Source: Candidatus Fermentibacterota bacterium (GTDB taxonomy: Bacteria; Fermentibacterota; Fermentibacteria; Fermentibacterales; JCC-6). Taken from it: a stretch of DNA of 64,000 nucleotides. This document shows positions 49,312-59,600 of this stretch, piece by piece. Under the pieces are notes generated by a model. The model was not told where the DNA came from. It saw only the letters and a list, made by a program, of their open reading frames with translations, and did not search any database. Each line of letters opens with the position of its first letter. Position 1 is the first letter of the stretch. The translations under genes were made by a program, and so were the position numbers. The DNA lies in contig JAUVIR010000003.1 in assembly GCA_030592645.1 (NCBI GenBank), forward strand, positions 9,279 through 73,278, written 5' to 3'.

Positions 49312-50532
49312 ATGAATCACGCATTTTTGAAAAAACTTCCCAAGACAGATCTTCACCTGCATCTGGACGGTTCTATACGATTATCAACTCTTATTGAACT
49401 GGCGAGGGAATCCGGTGTTGAGCTTCCCTCATACACCGAGGAGGGTCTGAGAGAGACCGTATTCAAGGATAGTTACAAAGACCTGAACGAATACCTCACT
49501 GGCTTCGCTTATACAACTGCAGTCATGAAAACCAGGGAACAGCTTGAGCGGATCAGCTACGAAGTCGCGGTTGATAATCAGCAGGAGGGCGTAAGGTACA
49601 TAGAAGTAAGATTCGCCCCGCAGCTTCACGCGTCCGATGACATGGATATCATCGACTGCATCCGGGCGGTTAACGATGGTCTTCTCCGCGCAAAGAATGA
49701 ATTCAACAACCGCAGGGAAGTGATAGATGGCCTTGAGCCTCCCTTTCACTACGCGATCATCTCCTGCGCAATGAGGTTCTTCACTCCTGCATTCTCCGAA
49801 TGGTACAGAAGATTTTTCGAAATGCATAGTTTCTCGGACAGAGAAACAGTGTTCGCCCTTGCATCTCTGGAGCTCGAAGAAGCGGTTGCCAGAGCAAGAT
49901 GGGAAGAGGACCTTCCTGCGGTTGGTATAGATCTTGCCGGTTCGGAGGCAGGCTGGCCTGCACTTAATCACCTCGAAGCATTCACGAAAGCAAAGGGACA
50001 TTTCCTCAGAAAAACGGTCCATGCCGGTGAGGCGTACGGGCCGGAAAGTATTTACCAGGCGATAACCGATCTTTACGCCGAGCGGATCGGTCACGGACTT
50101 ACGCTTCTCAATCCTTCTGCAGTAAAATCCAGGTATATCAGTGACCCTGTGAAATACGTGGATGCATTGGCAAGCTACATAGCGGACAGAAGAATAACTG
50201 TCGAAGTCTGCCTTACTTCGAACCAGCAGACGGATCCCGCTTTTCGGGATCTTTCCAACCATCCGTTCAAAAAAATGATGGAGAAGAAATTATCTGTAAC
50301 CATCTGCACCGATAACAGAACCATATCCAATACAACTGTCACGAAGGAGCTGCATAAAGCGGTAAATACCTTTAATCTCACAAGATACGACCTCAGGAAT
50401 ATTCTGGTTTACGGTTTCAAGAGAAGCTTCTTCCCCGGAAGGTACGATGAGAAAAGGCATTACGTACGCCAGTGCATGGAATACTTCGAGAAGATAGAAC
50501 GGGAGTATTTCCAGGAAGAGAACGTTCAATGA
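49312..50532 (+). CDS. add: Adenosine/adenine deaminase family protein
   Basis: LPKTDLHLHLDGS, DLAGSE, TVHAGE, RIGHG, EVCLTSN, CTDN. Confidence 0.92.
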   Translation: MNHAFLKKLPKTDLHLHLDGSIRLSTLIELARESGVELPSYTEEGLRETVFKDSYKDLNEYLTGFAYTTAVMKTREQLERISYEVAVDNQQEGVRYIEVRFAPQLHASDDMDIIDCIRAVNDGLLRAKNEFNNRREVIDGLEPPFHYAIISCAMRFFTPAFSEWYRRFFEMHSFSDRETVFALASLELEEAVARARWEEDLPAVGIDLAGSEAGWPALNHLEAFTKAKGHFLRKTVHAGEAYGPESIYQAITDLYAERIGHGLTLLNPSAVKSRYISDPVKYVDALASYIADRRITVEVCLTSNQQTDPAFRDLSNHPFKKMMEKKLSVTICTDNRTISNTTVTKELHKAVNTFNLTRYDLRNILVYGFKRSFFPGRYDEKRHYVRQCMEYFEKIEREYFQEENVQ

Positions 50533-51500
50533 ACAGCATTCCCCTCTGGAAGCTTATCGGAGAGTCCATCCGTTCGAATGCTCCGTGTGCACTGCTCCTG
50601 ACAGTTGAAACAAGGGGAAGCGGTCCGGGCAGACCGGGAGCTGCCATGGCGGTTACGAAAAGCGGTTCAACTCAGGGAACTGTTGGCGGCGGTGTGATGG
50701 AACACAAGCTGACCTTCAGAGCGCATAAGATGCTGGAAGATGCTGTCACTTCACCCGAACTGGCAATCTACGATCATGTAAACGGGAACGATAACAACGG
50801 AAGAGGGACTCCCTCCGGCATGATCTGTTCAGGTTCTCAGACAACTGCGATTTTTCCCATGCAGCCGGGTATGCTTGAAACTGTAAACCTGATAATCAGC
50901 ATTCTTGAAAACAGGAGGACAGGTACTTTGTACCTCTCAGGTACAGGTTTGACCGTAACGGACTCCCCCGCACAGGAAACAGATGAGTTTTTAATGACCG
51001 GAGTGGATGACTGGGAATACACCGGACCCCTGGGGTATCGAGACACCGCGTTTATAATCGGGGGCGGACATGTGGGGCAGTCGCTTGCAAACCTTCTTCA
51101 GGGGCTGTCCTGGAACCCGGTGATAATAGATGAAAGGGAAAGGAATTCCTTCGAGAATCCTCCTTCCTGCAGATGGATAACTGCTCCCTGCAGCGAAGCG
51201 CACAGCTGCATACCGGATGGCTGCCGCAGCTGGGCGGTTATCATGACTCCTTTTCACACTGCAGATGCTGCAGTACTGGAAAGTCTCGCCGGTAAAAACC
51301 TGAAATATGTCGGCATGATGGCAAGCAGTTCAAAGAAAGCAAAAATCTATTCGGAGCTTCTTCTGAAGGGAGTTCCCGAGGATTATCTTGACAGCGTCCG
51401 CTGCCCCATTGGAATGGCTATTGGAAGCCGTACACCGGAGGAAATCGCTGTAAGCATAGCCGCCCAGCTGATTGAGATAAAAAACAGGGGCCGGACCTAA
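50529..51500 (+). CDS. XdhC/CoxI molybdoenzyme maturation factor
   Basis: GSGPGRPGA, GTVGGG, GMICSG, GGGHV, YVGMMAS, PIGMAIGSRTPEEIAVSI. Confidence 0.9.
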   Translation: MNSIPLWKLIGESIRSNAPCALLLTVETRGSGPGRPGAAMAVTKSGSTQGTVGGGVMEHKLTFRAHKMLEDAVTSPELAIYDHVNGNDNNGRGTPSGMICSGSQTTAIFPMQPGMLETVNLIISILENRRTGTLYLSGTGLTVTDSPAQETDEFLMTGVDDWEYTGPLGYRDTAFIIGGGHVGQSLANLLQGLSWNPVIIDERERNSFENPPSCRWITAPCSEAHSCIPDGCRSWAVIMTPFHTADAAVLESLAGKNLKYVGMMASSSKKAKIYSELLLKGVPEDYLDSVRCPIGMAIGSRTPEEIAVSIAAQLIEIKNRGRT

Positions 51501-51622
51501 CATCTAAACATTTTGTCTGTTTAATTATCGGGGTCGTATCTTGAATTTTGGCATTTGATTTGTTAAGACATTGACGAATGTCAAAATTCAAGATACGACC
51601 CCGATAACTGAGGCCCGACCCC
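51487..51622. repeat. Nested palindrome, REPIN/MITE-like, between convergent genes
   Basis: 33-bp arms 51525-51557 and 51575-51607 (31/33 complementary); outer arms GGGGCCGGACCT 51487-51498 and AGGCCCGACCCC 51611-51622 (10/12). Confidence 0.8.
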
Positions 51623-51629
51623 TTTGCCT

Positions 51630-52340
51630 TTACTTCTCGGAGAACTGACCCTTGCCGACTCCGCAGACAGGGCATACCCAGTCATCCGGAATATCTTCAA
51701 AAGCGGTTCCGGGCTCGATGCCTCCATCAGGATCACCCTTTTCCGGGTCATAAACATAGCCGCAGATATTGCATACGTATTTCTTCATTGCACTCTCTTC
51801 CTTTCGTTCCTGTTCACTTTCCACATCCTGAGACGCAGGTTTATAAGATGGAGCGGTCGGAGGTGTTTTTCCGCGGAGCACTTCCTGGTAATACGAGTAT
51901 GTCATAGGGGTTCCCTCACCTGTGATCCCGCAGTCAGTTACCTCTCCTATGAACACTGTGTGTGTATCCACATCAATACTGTTACATATCTCAAGGTCTA
52001 TGTATGCCAGTATGTTTGCTTCGGGCATCGGACAGCCGGAGGGGGCAAGAGTGTACGGTATTGCGGCAAATTTGTCTACATCTCTTCCGCTTTTAAATCC
52101 GAAATTGCCTATGAAGGTCATGTCCGCCTCTTCGCTGAGCACACCGATGCAGCACTTTCCGGTTCTGCTTATCAACTCATGAGTGAATTCAGCTTTGCTT
52201 ATTGAGACTGCGACCTTCACAGGATCGGCTGTTACCTGAAAAACCGTATTCGATATCTGACCGTTCAGCTTATCTCCCGAGCGGGATCCCACAACGTACA
52301 GACCGTATGTAATCGTAAAAAGAGGAGTAGTATCCATCAT
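51630..52340 (-). CDS. hrb: High-molecular-weight rubredoxin (flavin reductase plus rubredoxin)
   Basis: [34 protein letters not shown]; [17 protein letters not shown]. Confidence 0.92.
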   Translation of the reverse strand: MMDTTPLFTITYGLYVVGSRSGDKLNGQISNTVFQVTADPVKVAVSISKAEFTHELISRTGKCCIGVLSEEADMTFIGNFGFKSGRDVDKFAAIPYTLAPSGCPMPEANILAYIDLEICNSIDVDTHTVFIGEVTDCGITGEGTPMTYSYYQEVLRGKTPPTAPSYKPASQDVESEQERKEESAMKKYVCNICGYVYDPEKGDPDGGIEPGTAFEDIPDDWVCPVCGVGKGQFSEK

Positions 52341-53551
52341 TCCAAACCTCCGCAGATTTCCTTGACTCGAAGCCCTACTCTTCGCCCCAGATTCACCGAT
52401 TCCTCAAGTACCTGCTCATCGGGCACGTAGACTGTTCGAAGTCCTTCGGAGACGAGCTCAACTTTCATACCCTCAAGCAGACCGTTCAATTCCTTAACCG
52501 CTTCACCGCTCCAGCCGTAGGAGCCGAACGCGGCACCAACAAGATTTCCGGGTTTCAGTCCGCCCATATAGTTCATACATTCGGCAACGGAGGGAAATAT
52601 TCTTCCGTTGATGGTCGGGCTTCCTACGATAAGCGCGGACGCTTCGAGAACTTCAGCGGCAATATCGCTAATATGAGAAGCTCTCAGCGGCATCAATACG
52701 CTGCTGATACCTTCCCGCGAGAGGCCTTCTATAACTGCCTCGGCCATGGAGCGTGTGCTGTTCCACATGGTATCGTAAATTACAACTGCCTTCGGGCGCG
52801 GTTTCCTCTGAGCCCATGAGGCCCATTTTCCAAGTATCCAGTCAATGCTGCTCCTCCATACCGGACCATGGTCCGGGCACAGGAGATCAATTTCAAGTTC
52901 CATTTTCCCCAGGTTACCAACAAGAGCAGTGACCAGGGGAGAGAACGGCAATAGAATGTTCGCGTAGTACTTCCTGGCTTCCGCCTCAAGAACACTAAGA
53001 GGGAGTTCATCATCGAAACGTTCCGTCGATGCCAGATGCATCCCGAAGCCATCCTGACTGAAAAGGACTTTCTCCTCGGAAAGGTAGGATACCATACTGT
53101 CCGGCCAGTGGAGCATGCGTGTTTCTATGATATCAATTGTCATGTTTCCAAGGTCAATACTCTCTCCGGTCTTCACAACTTCTATGGGATCTTCTTCCCA
53201 GTGAAAGTGAGCGGCAAGGGCCCGGGAACCCATGGGCGAAGCGTACACCTTGTCCGGCTTGACCGCGGCCATTGTCTGCTGCAGCGATCCAGTATGATCA
53301 AGTTCGGAATGGTTGCTGACGATTATTTCTATTGTTGAAGGATCAATCACGGAAGATATCCTCATCATCATCTCTTCAAAAAAAGGCTTCTTCACGGTAT
53401 CTATCAGCGTGACCTTCTCTGAGAGAATTAGATATGCATTGTAGGTTGTACCTCTTCCCGTGCTGTATCCATGAAAATCACGTATCGCCCAGTCAATTGC
53501 TCCAACCCAGTATACATTCTCCGTCAGTTTGACGGCTTTGAACACATCCAT
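52337..53551 (-). CDS. fprA: Flavodiiron protein (A-type flavoprotein)
   Basis: [49 protein letters not shown]. Confidence 0.96.
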   Translation of the reverse strand: MDVFKAVKLTENVYWVGAIDWAIRDFHGYSTGRGTTYNAYLILSEKVTLIDTVKKPFFEEMMMRISSVIDPSTIEIIVSNHSELDHTGSLQQTMAAVKPDKVYASPMGSRALAAHFHWEEDPIEVVKTGESIDLGNMTIDIIETRMLHWPDSMVSYLSEEKVLFSQDGFGMHLASTERFDDELPLSVLEAEARKYYANILLPFSPLVTALVGNLGKMELEIDLLCPDHGPVWRSSIDWILGKWASWAQRKPRPKAVVIYDTMWNSTRSMAEAVIEGLSREGISSVLMPLRASHISDIAAEVLEASALIVGSPTINGRIFPSVAECMNYMGGLKPGNLVGAAFGSYGWSGEAVKELNGLLEGMKVELVSEGLRTVYVPDEQVLEESVNLGRRVGLRVKEICGGLE

Positions 53552-53583
53552 CTTATCTCCTTGAACGTTATCCCGGCGGGCTT

Positions 53584-54084
53584 CTATCTGGCATTCAGTC
53601 TGGTTCTCTGTTTCTCCAGGTATGCTATATGACCTATCTCTTCATCAATAATATCGTAAATTCTGTCCTTGCCCAGCCTTGGGGAGACCAGCCTTTCAAG
53701 ACCCAGGAAGAAAAGAAGAGAATCCTTCTCGAACTGAATTGCAAGATCAATGATCTCTCCGGTACTCTTATCCTCTTCGAACTTTGCCTGATATTCACCC
53801 GTCTGCTGCCTGAACACATGATTATCGGCCATGGCTTTCAGGTACAGTGCAGCTTCGCAATACGGATCAATAGCTGTTTGTCTCTTTTCATCCTTGCCCA
53901 GATCATTCCTCATGGATGCGAAGAGAGCTTCATGTCCCTTCTCCCATTCAGACAGGTCCAGAAGGAGCCTGGAAACCTCAAAATCATCTACAACTTCCGA
54001 AGCTTTCCTGTAGAACTCCTGCCCGTTATGTTCAATCTGCTCGGCCATTTTTAGGACTTCTTCGGCGTTGAACTGGTCTCCCAT
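53584..54084 (-). CDS. Ferritin-like (rubrerythrin-domain-only) protein
   Basis: EQIEHNGQEFY, EKGH, EKDS, EEIGH. Confidence 0.85.
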   Translation of the reverse strand: MGDQFNAEEVLKMAEQIEHNGQEFYRKASEVVDDFEVSRLLLDLSEWEKGHEALFASMRNDLGKDEKRQTAIDPYCEAALYLKAMADNHVFRQQTGEYQAKFEEDKSTGEIIDLAIQFEKDSLLFFLGLERLVSPRLGKDRIYDIIDEEIGHIAYLEKQRTRLNAR

Positions 54085-54094
54085 TTTGCTTCTC

Positions 54095-54610
54095 CTACTC
54101 TCCGCTGCCCGCAGCGGTATTGAATACCCTCTGTCCTAGTTCATTGTCTATCATGAACCTGCCGCCGCCCGAATCACCGATCAGCTTCAGTTTTCTGACT
54201 ACTTCTCCAGCGGAAGCTTCCTCTTCGACCTGCTCTGCAACGTACCACTGCAGGAAGTTATCGGTCATATGATCATTCTCTTCCCTTGCCAGTGTCACAA
54301 GATTGTTGATCATGGAAGATACTTTTCTCTCGTGATCAAGGGCAGCCTCGAAAGTATCGAGAACTGACTTCCATTCAACAGGAGGTTTCCCGATGGCATC
54401 CAGTATTACCCTGCCGCCCCGTTCATTCACGTACTTCATGAATTTGTCAGCGTGAACCAGCTCCTCCTGTGCCTGCGAGTTCATCCACTTCGCGGCGCCG
54501 CTCATATCAACCGATTCGAAATACATCCCCATCGCCACATAAAGGTATGAAGAATACAGTTCCGCATTGATCTGACGGTTGATCGCATTCTGAATATTTT
54601 CGCTTAGCAT
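54095..54610 (-). CDS. ftnA: Ferritin
   Basis: QINAELYSSYLY, EELVHA, HERKV, FLQWYVAEQVEEE. Confidence 0.95.
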   Translation of the reverse strand: MLSENIQNAINRQINAELYSSYLYVAMGMYFESVDMSGAAKWMNSQAQEELVHADKFMKYVNERGGRVILDAIGKPPVEWKSVLDTFEAALDHERKVSSMINNLVTLAREENDHMTDNFLQWYVAEQVEEEASAGEVVRKLKLIGDSGGGRFMIDNELGQRVFNTAAGSGE

Positions 54611-54612
54611 AT

Positions 54613-54990
54613 CTATCCCTTCCAGAGACCGTGAATGCTGCAGTATTCCCTTGCAGATACTGCACCGAGATCGCCGGTACTGAATTCAGCAACGGGATCC
54701 ATTCCAGGTTTCAGGTAAGCTCTGAAGATATTGTCTCCCGAGATAAGTTCTATCCATTCTATGTAGTGTTCATCGGCCATGGGATGAAGAGTTGAACCCA
54801 CAGTAACTCTGTAGCCGCCGCCGATCTTCTCGATAACCGGCACATGCTTCTCCGTTGCCATATCGGCACTCTTCTCGTCCATTTTTACCATCGGTTCGCC
54901 GCAGCACACAAGCGCTCCGGCCCCTCCGTGAGTCATCTCAACAATATTCCCGCACATCTCGCACTTGTATATTTCCATCCGTTCAGTCAT
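54613..54990 (-). CDS. dfx: Desulfoferrodoxin (2Fe superoxide reductase)
   Basis: CEMCGN..CC, EKHVP, HPM..EHYIEWI, CSIHG. Confidence 0.96.
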   Translation of the reverse strand: MTERMEIYKCEMCGNIVEMTHGGAGALVCCGEPMVKMDEKSADMATEKHVPVIEKIGGGYRVTVGSTLHPMADEHYIEWIELISGDNIFRAYLKPGMDPVAEFSTGDLGAVSAREYCSIHGLWKG

Positions 54991-55004
54991 TTCGGTAACT
55001 CCTT

Positions 55005-55460
55005 CTAGTCCTCTTTAAGTACGTGATCGTCATATTCTATTTCAAAGCGTAGCTTATGGTTGGCTTCCTGATTGGCAAGCCCTTTCAGAAGATCTCTTAC
55101 CGCCGGGTCGGAAGCCACTCCAGCAAGAAGCGTATACATCTGATACGCAGCCTTTTCCTTTTTCATCGCGAGAATAAGAGCATCCTGATAATCCATGCCG
55201 CCTGTCGGGGCAACATCTACCAGGATCTCTCCCAGTCCCAGATCCACAACAGCTGCAGTCGGAAGGAACTCGAGACTTCCCATCTTGATGTTTTCAAGTT
55301 TGTTCTTGTGCTGAAGCTCCTCTTCACTGAACTCGAGGAACATCCTGCGAACGGCAGAACTGTTAACCTGTTCTGCCAGATTCGTGTAGAAATCGGCTGC
55401 TGCCTGTTCCTCGCCTATTGCGAAATCCAGTATTTCTTCAGTTGAGTTGAATTCCCTCAT
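55005..55460 (-). CDS. Ferritin-like (rubrerythrin-domain-only) protein
   Basis: [28 protein letters not shown]. Confidence 0.85.
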   Translation of the reverse strand: MREFNSTEEILDFAIGEEQAAADFYTNLAEQVNSSAVRRMFLEFSEEELQHKNKLENIKMGSLEFLPTAAVVDLGLGEILVDVAPTGGMDYQDALILAMKKEKAAYQMYTLLAGVASDPAVRDLLKGLANQEANHKLRFEIEYDDHVLKED

Positions 55461-55469
55461 TATTATCAC

Positions 55470-56042
55470 CTACCAGTTCTCTGCAAGAAGCTCAAAATGT
55501 GCCTGAGGATGTGCGCAGGCGGGACAGAGATTGGGTGCTTCCCTGCCTTCATGGATGTATCCGCAGTTCTGGCAGCGCCAGATAACGATATTGTCCTTAA
55601 CGAACACTTTTCCATCGTTGATATTCTTCATCAGCTCGAGGTACCTTTTCTCGTGCTGTTTCTCTGCGACAGCGATGGCTTCAAAGATAACTGCTATGGT
55701 GTCGAATCCCTCGGAGCGGGCTATCTCGGCAAATCCGGGATACATCACAGTGTGCTCGTGATTCTCGCCCGATGCAGAAGCCTTGAGGTTCTCTTCCGTT
55801 GAACCGATCTTTCCTGCGGGATAGGAATCGGTGATCTCAATCTCTCCGCCTTCAAGAAGCTTGAAAAGCCGTTTCGCGTGCTCCTTCTCCTGGTTCGCGG
55901 TTTCCTCGAAGATCTTCGAGATCTGTACATAACCGTCCTTTTTCGCCTGGGAAGCGAAGTAGGTGTACCTGTTCCTTGCCTGAGATTCCCCGGCGAATGC
56001 CTTGAGGATATTCTTCTCTGTTTTCGTTCCTTTGATACTCAT
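55470..56042 (-). CDS. rbr: Rubrerythrin
   Basis: AFAGESQARNRY, EKEHA, GENHE, EKQHE; CQNCG..CPACAH. Confidence 0.97.
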   Translation of the reverse strand: MSIKGTKTEKNILKAFAGESQARNRYTYFASQAKKDGYVQISKIFEETANQEKEHAKRLFKLLEGGEIEITDSYPAGKIGSTEENLKASASGENHEHTVMYPGFAEIARSEGFDTIAVIFEAIAVAEKQHEKRYLELMKNINDGKVFVKDNIVIWRCQNCGYIHEGREAPNLCPACAHPQAHFELLAENW

Positions 56043-56455
56043 TGCAACTTCTCCTTTTCCAATTGTTCAGCACATTCGGGACATATTCCTAATATATTCA
56101 TATGTACTTCCAGCACAATAAAGTTCGAAACAGTTTCCGGATCCAGCGTATCGATATTCAGTGGATTTACGTGCACATCACAAACCCGCCCGCAGACAGT
56201 GCATTCAATGTGGTTATGCTCGCAAGTATTATGATCGTAATGGATTTCCGAACCAGCTCCCTTGACAGCTTTAATCTTTCCCTGATCTACAAGTATTCCC
56301 AGATTTCTGTAAACGGTACTGAGACTTGTTCTGGGCAGCACCTGCCTTACAGCAGAGTAGATCTGAACCGCTGTAGGATGACACCCCAGTTCCGCAACCG
56401 ACTGGAGTATCACTCTTTTCTGCGTCGTATTCCTTCGCGGCTGTACCTGGGGCAT
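56039..56455 (-). CDS. perR: Fur-family peroxide stress regulator
   Basis: HPTA, SLSTVYRNL, HNHIECTVCG, GICPEC; first gene of the rbr/dfx operon. Confidence 0.85.
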   Translation of the reverse strand: MPQVQPRRNTTQKRVILQSVAELGCHPTAVQIYSAVRQVLPRTSLSTVYRNLGILVDQGKIKAVKGAGSEIHYDHNTCEHNHIECTVCGRVCDVHVNPLNIDTLDPETVSNFIVLEVHMNILGICPECAEQLEKEKLQ

Positions 56456-56471
56456 TCTATCTCCTATTCGT

Positions 56472-56515
56472 AATAAGAACTATTCCTATTATAGAGAACT
56501 ATTCTGGATTGTCAA
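56472..56515 (-). promoter_or_regulatory. Consensus sigma70 promoter overlapped by a PerR/Fur-type box
   Basis: Minus-strand TTGACA (56515-56510), 16 bp, TATAAT (56493-56488); 19-bp quasi-palindrome AATAAGAACTATTCCTATT 56472-56490. Confidence 0.85.
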
Positions 56516-56520
56516 GTCCA

Positions 56521-56553
56521 AAAAGACCCCGCCCCCTTTCGGGAGACGGGGTC
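56521..56553 (-). terminator. Intrinsic terminator after the 1387-aa gene
   Basis: Minus strand GACCCCGTCTCCC-GAAA-GGGGGCGGGGTC-TTTT. Confidence 0.85.
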
Positions 56554-56606
56554 ATTTAACAACACTACGTTAAGAATCAGTTCTCAACGTTTGATGATTA
56601 TTATCT

Positions 56607-59600
56607 TTAGTCTCTCCTCACGACAAAACTGCCGGTACTGACCTGTGAACCGATGCTGCATTGAAGAAGGTATACTCCGTTGGGTACCGGTGTTCTATCT
56701 CCTGTATAACCGTCCCAGTGAAGAACGCTCCCCGATTCAGAATAACCGCTCCAGATCATACGGCCGGAAACATCGTAAATCCTTATCTCAGCTTCTTCGC
56801 TGCGCTCAGCAACAGGAATTGCGAACATCCAACCTTCATTCTCATCGCTGCGGGTGATCTCAACAGATGAGACTGTATCCAGAACTCCCCTGCTCCCGTA
56901 AACACTGATCTCAGAAAGACCGGAAGCTCCGCATATCCGTATGTAACGAACAGCTTGGGTACTGCTACGTGAATCAGTTGTGAATGGATAGAATATCCTA
57001 TCAGAACCTGCAACTTCAATTTGAAGAGAAAGTTCAACAACAGAGGCTGCTTCAAGTACTCGAATGGATTCATCTGTGCGTGCACTTGCATCAGAAGAAA
57101 TGATTGACACTCTATCCGACATGATAGACGTTACAGTACATTCCTCACCAAGATCGATGACAACCACGTCAGCTCCCGGTGACGGCGAGTAGCAAACTTC
57201 TACCGAACCATCTGTCAGGCAGCCGGGGTTACCGGTTGAAGGAACAGCATAATCTGCTGCTGTTGGGAGCGTTTCAGTCGTTCTCTCCTGTGCTGATGCT
57301 ATTCCAACATGAGATGATTCTTCCGTTATCTCCGGTTCAGATGCCTGCATCCCGGATGCTTGAAGAATCGTCGTTATAACCCTCGCGGCTGAAAACTCCT
57401 CAACAACCGAACAGCCAAGGGATATTACATCAAGAACTTCGGTGTGAAGATGAACAGCGTTGCTTAGATCCGATCTATTTGTGCCATCGTGTGCTGTCAG
57501 CTCGTATTTTACACGAGGATAGCCAACCGTGCCATAATCATCGGTATATGTGGTTACTCCTGCATGAACCCTGCCGCAGATGAATGGCAGAGAATATGGA
57601 GGAAAACCTCGCCATATCTCATAGTAAATAACATCTGTAGGTTCTTCCGGGTTCTGGCTGTAGAAGTCGTTCACAGATAGATCCCATGTCAGTAAAACCG
57701 TTCCGTCAGTATGCTCTCCCTGAAGATTGGTCGGGGGAGAAGGTATGGTATTGTCCGCTTCAAAGCACCCCGTATGCCAGCTGTCATGCTGGAACTGACG
57801 CCACGGCATCTCTGCCGGGAAAGTACCTGCTCCCAGATCATAGCAATAAATTAGAGGATCGATGTCATCGGCTAGTATCATCTCAAGGCTGTTGTCATCG
57901 TCAATGTTGCCTATGGCTACCTGACCATAGATTCCACTTCCGCAGACTACTGGATAACCGCTGCAGATACTGCCATCACTGTTGATGGCGTAGAGATATC
58001 CATCACCCGTCCCTACTATTATCTCAAGATCAGAATCTCCATCAATGTCAGCAATCGAAGGTGCTGCAGGAACACCTTCAACGGTCACAGGGAATCCGGG
58101 AAGAGGATCGTACTGGCTCCCGCCGCTGAAATCCTCACCTGACCAGCAATTGACTGTTCCACTATTATCAACTGCTACTACATCAAGAATGCCATCATCG
58201 TTCATATCTCCGATAGCAACCGGATTTCTGACCATGCTGCCAACATTCCAGACGTGTTCCTCATCCAATGTGTTGCCGTTCAAAACCAGGACTTTGCGGT
58301 TGCTTGTTCCAGCAATTCCTGTTCCGATTATTATCTCATTCACTCCATCGTTGTCGATGTCAGCCACTACAGGGGAAGCCCAGAACCAGCAATTGTAGTA
58401 AGCAGGTGGTACAACATCCGAACCATCAGCAGCATCAAGAAGATAAACTGCGCTGTTTAAAGACTTTGATCCGCCTGAATCTCCTGTCGCCCAACCTTCA
58501 ACAGTACATACAACTATCTCACTGCCGGATATTGCAGGTGTGCTGGCTACCGATGAACCACCGAGACCCGGCTCAAGATTCCTCGCCCAGGTTCTTAAAC
58601 CTCCCGTGTGTTCATACAGATACACCGTGGCATCAAGTGATACCGAACCGGATAGATGACGACAGAGAACCATTTCAGGATAACCATCTCCATCAACATC
58701 TCCTATCGCAGGAGAAGACTTGCTTGGGTAATAACCAGGGATCATCGGTGGATCTCCCATTTCAACTGGCCAGTCACTTGGGAACTCATTCAGGTCACTT
58801 CCTGTAGCTACATCCCTCGCATTACATCCATAGTCATAAACGGAAAGAACATCAAGATCACCGTCACCATCAAGATCAACTATAGACGGGCAGGCGTAAA
58901 CATTGATACTGCCCCACCCGCCTGATTGCATCGGCCAGTTGCTGTTCAAGCTACTGCCATCATCATCAAGAATATGGACAAAACCATCCCTACTCTGAAT
59001 AACAACATCAAGATCACCGTCACCATCAAGATCGGCAAGCACCGGTGAACCCAATACATTATCGTGAAGGGTTACAGGCCAGCCGGGCTGAATGCCGAAT
59101 GCTATCCCGAAACCGTGATGATCATCGGTATACTCATCATCACCCGGCCCAGAAGGAGGATCCGGATCTGCGATGGATGGATCGAGCAGACCGATATCAC
59201 TTATATCCTTGGCTTTTATCTCCATGGTCAGCCAGCCGGAATAACCTTCAACCGGTACATCAACGGTTCCATGCCAGGTATCAAAATAACCATCAGGCTG
59301 GTTTGTGGATGTCCATTCCGGAGTAGATGGAGTAGCTGTCAGGTAAGGTTCATCAGGCTTTGTAAACCTTACATTTGAAGTGACTGTAGTACTCATCGGT
59401 CCTGAATAGATTATCTCAATATCCATGGTTGAACCGGGTTGGAACGTAGTATTGGTATAAATGCTTTTATAAGGCGCAAAACCTTCAGTAGGGTATGTTG
59501 CTACCCATTCGGCATGCCAGATATCCTGATCTGTGACTGCGTCGGTAAGATGCACTTCCTGGGCGATCTCCTTGGTGTTGTGGAGTTCACAATCTATTGA

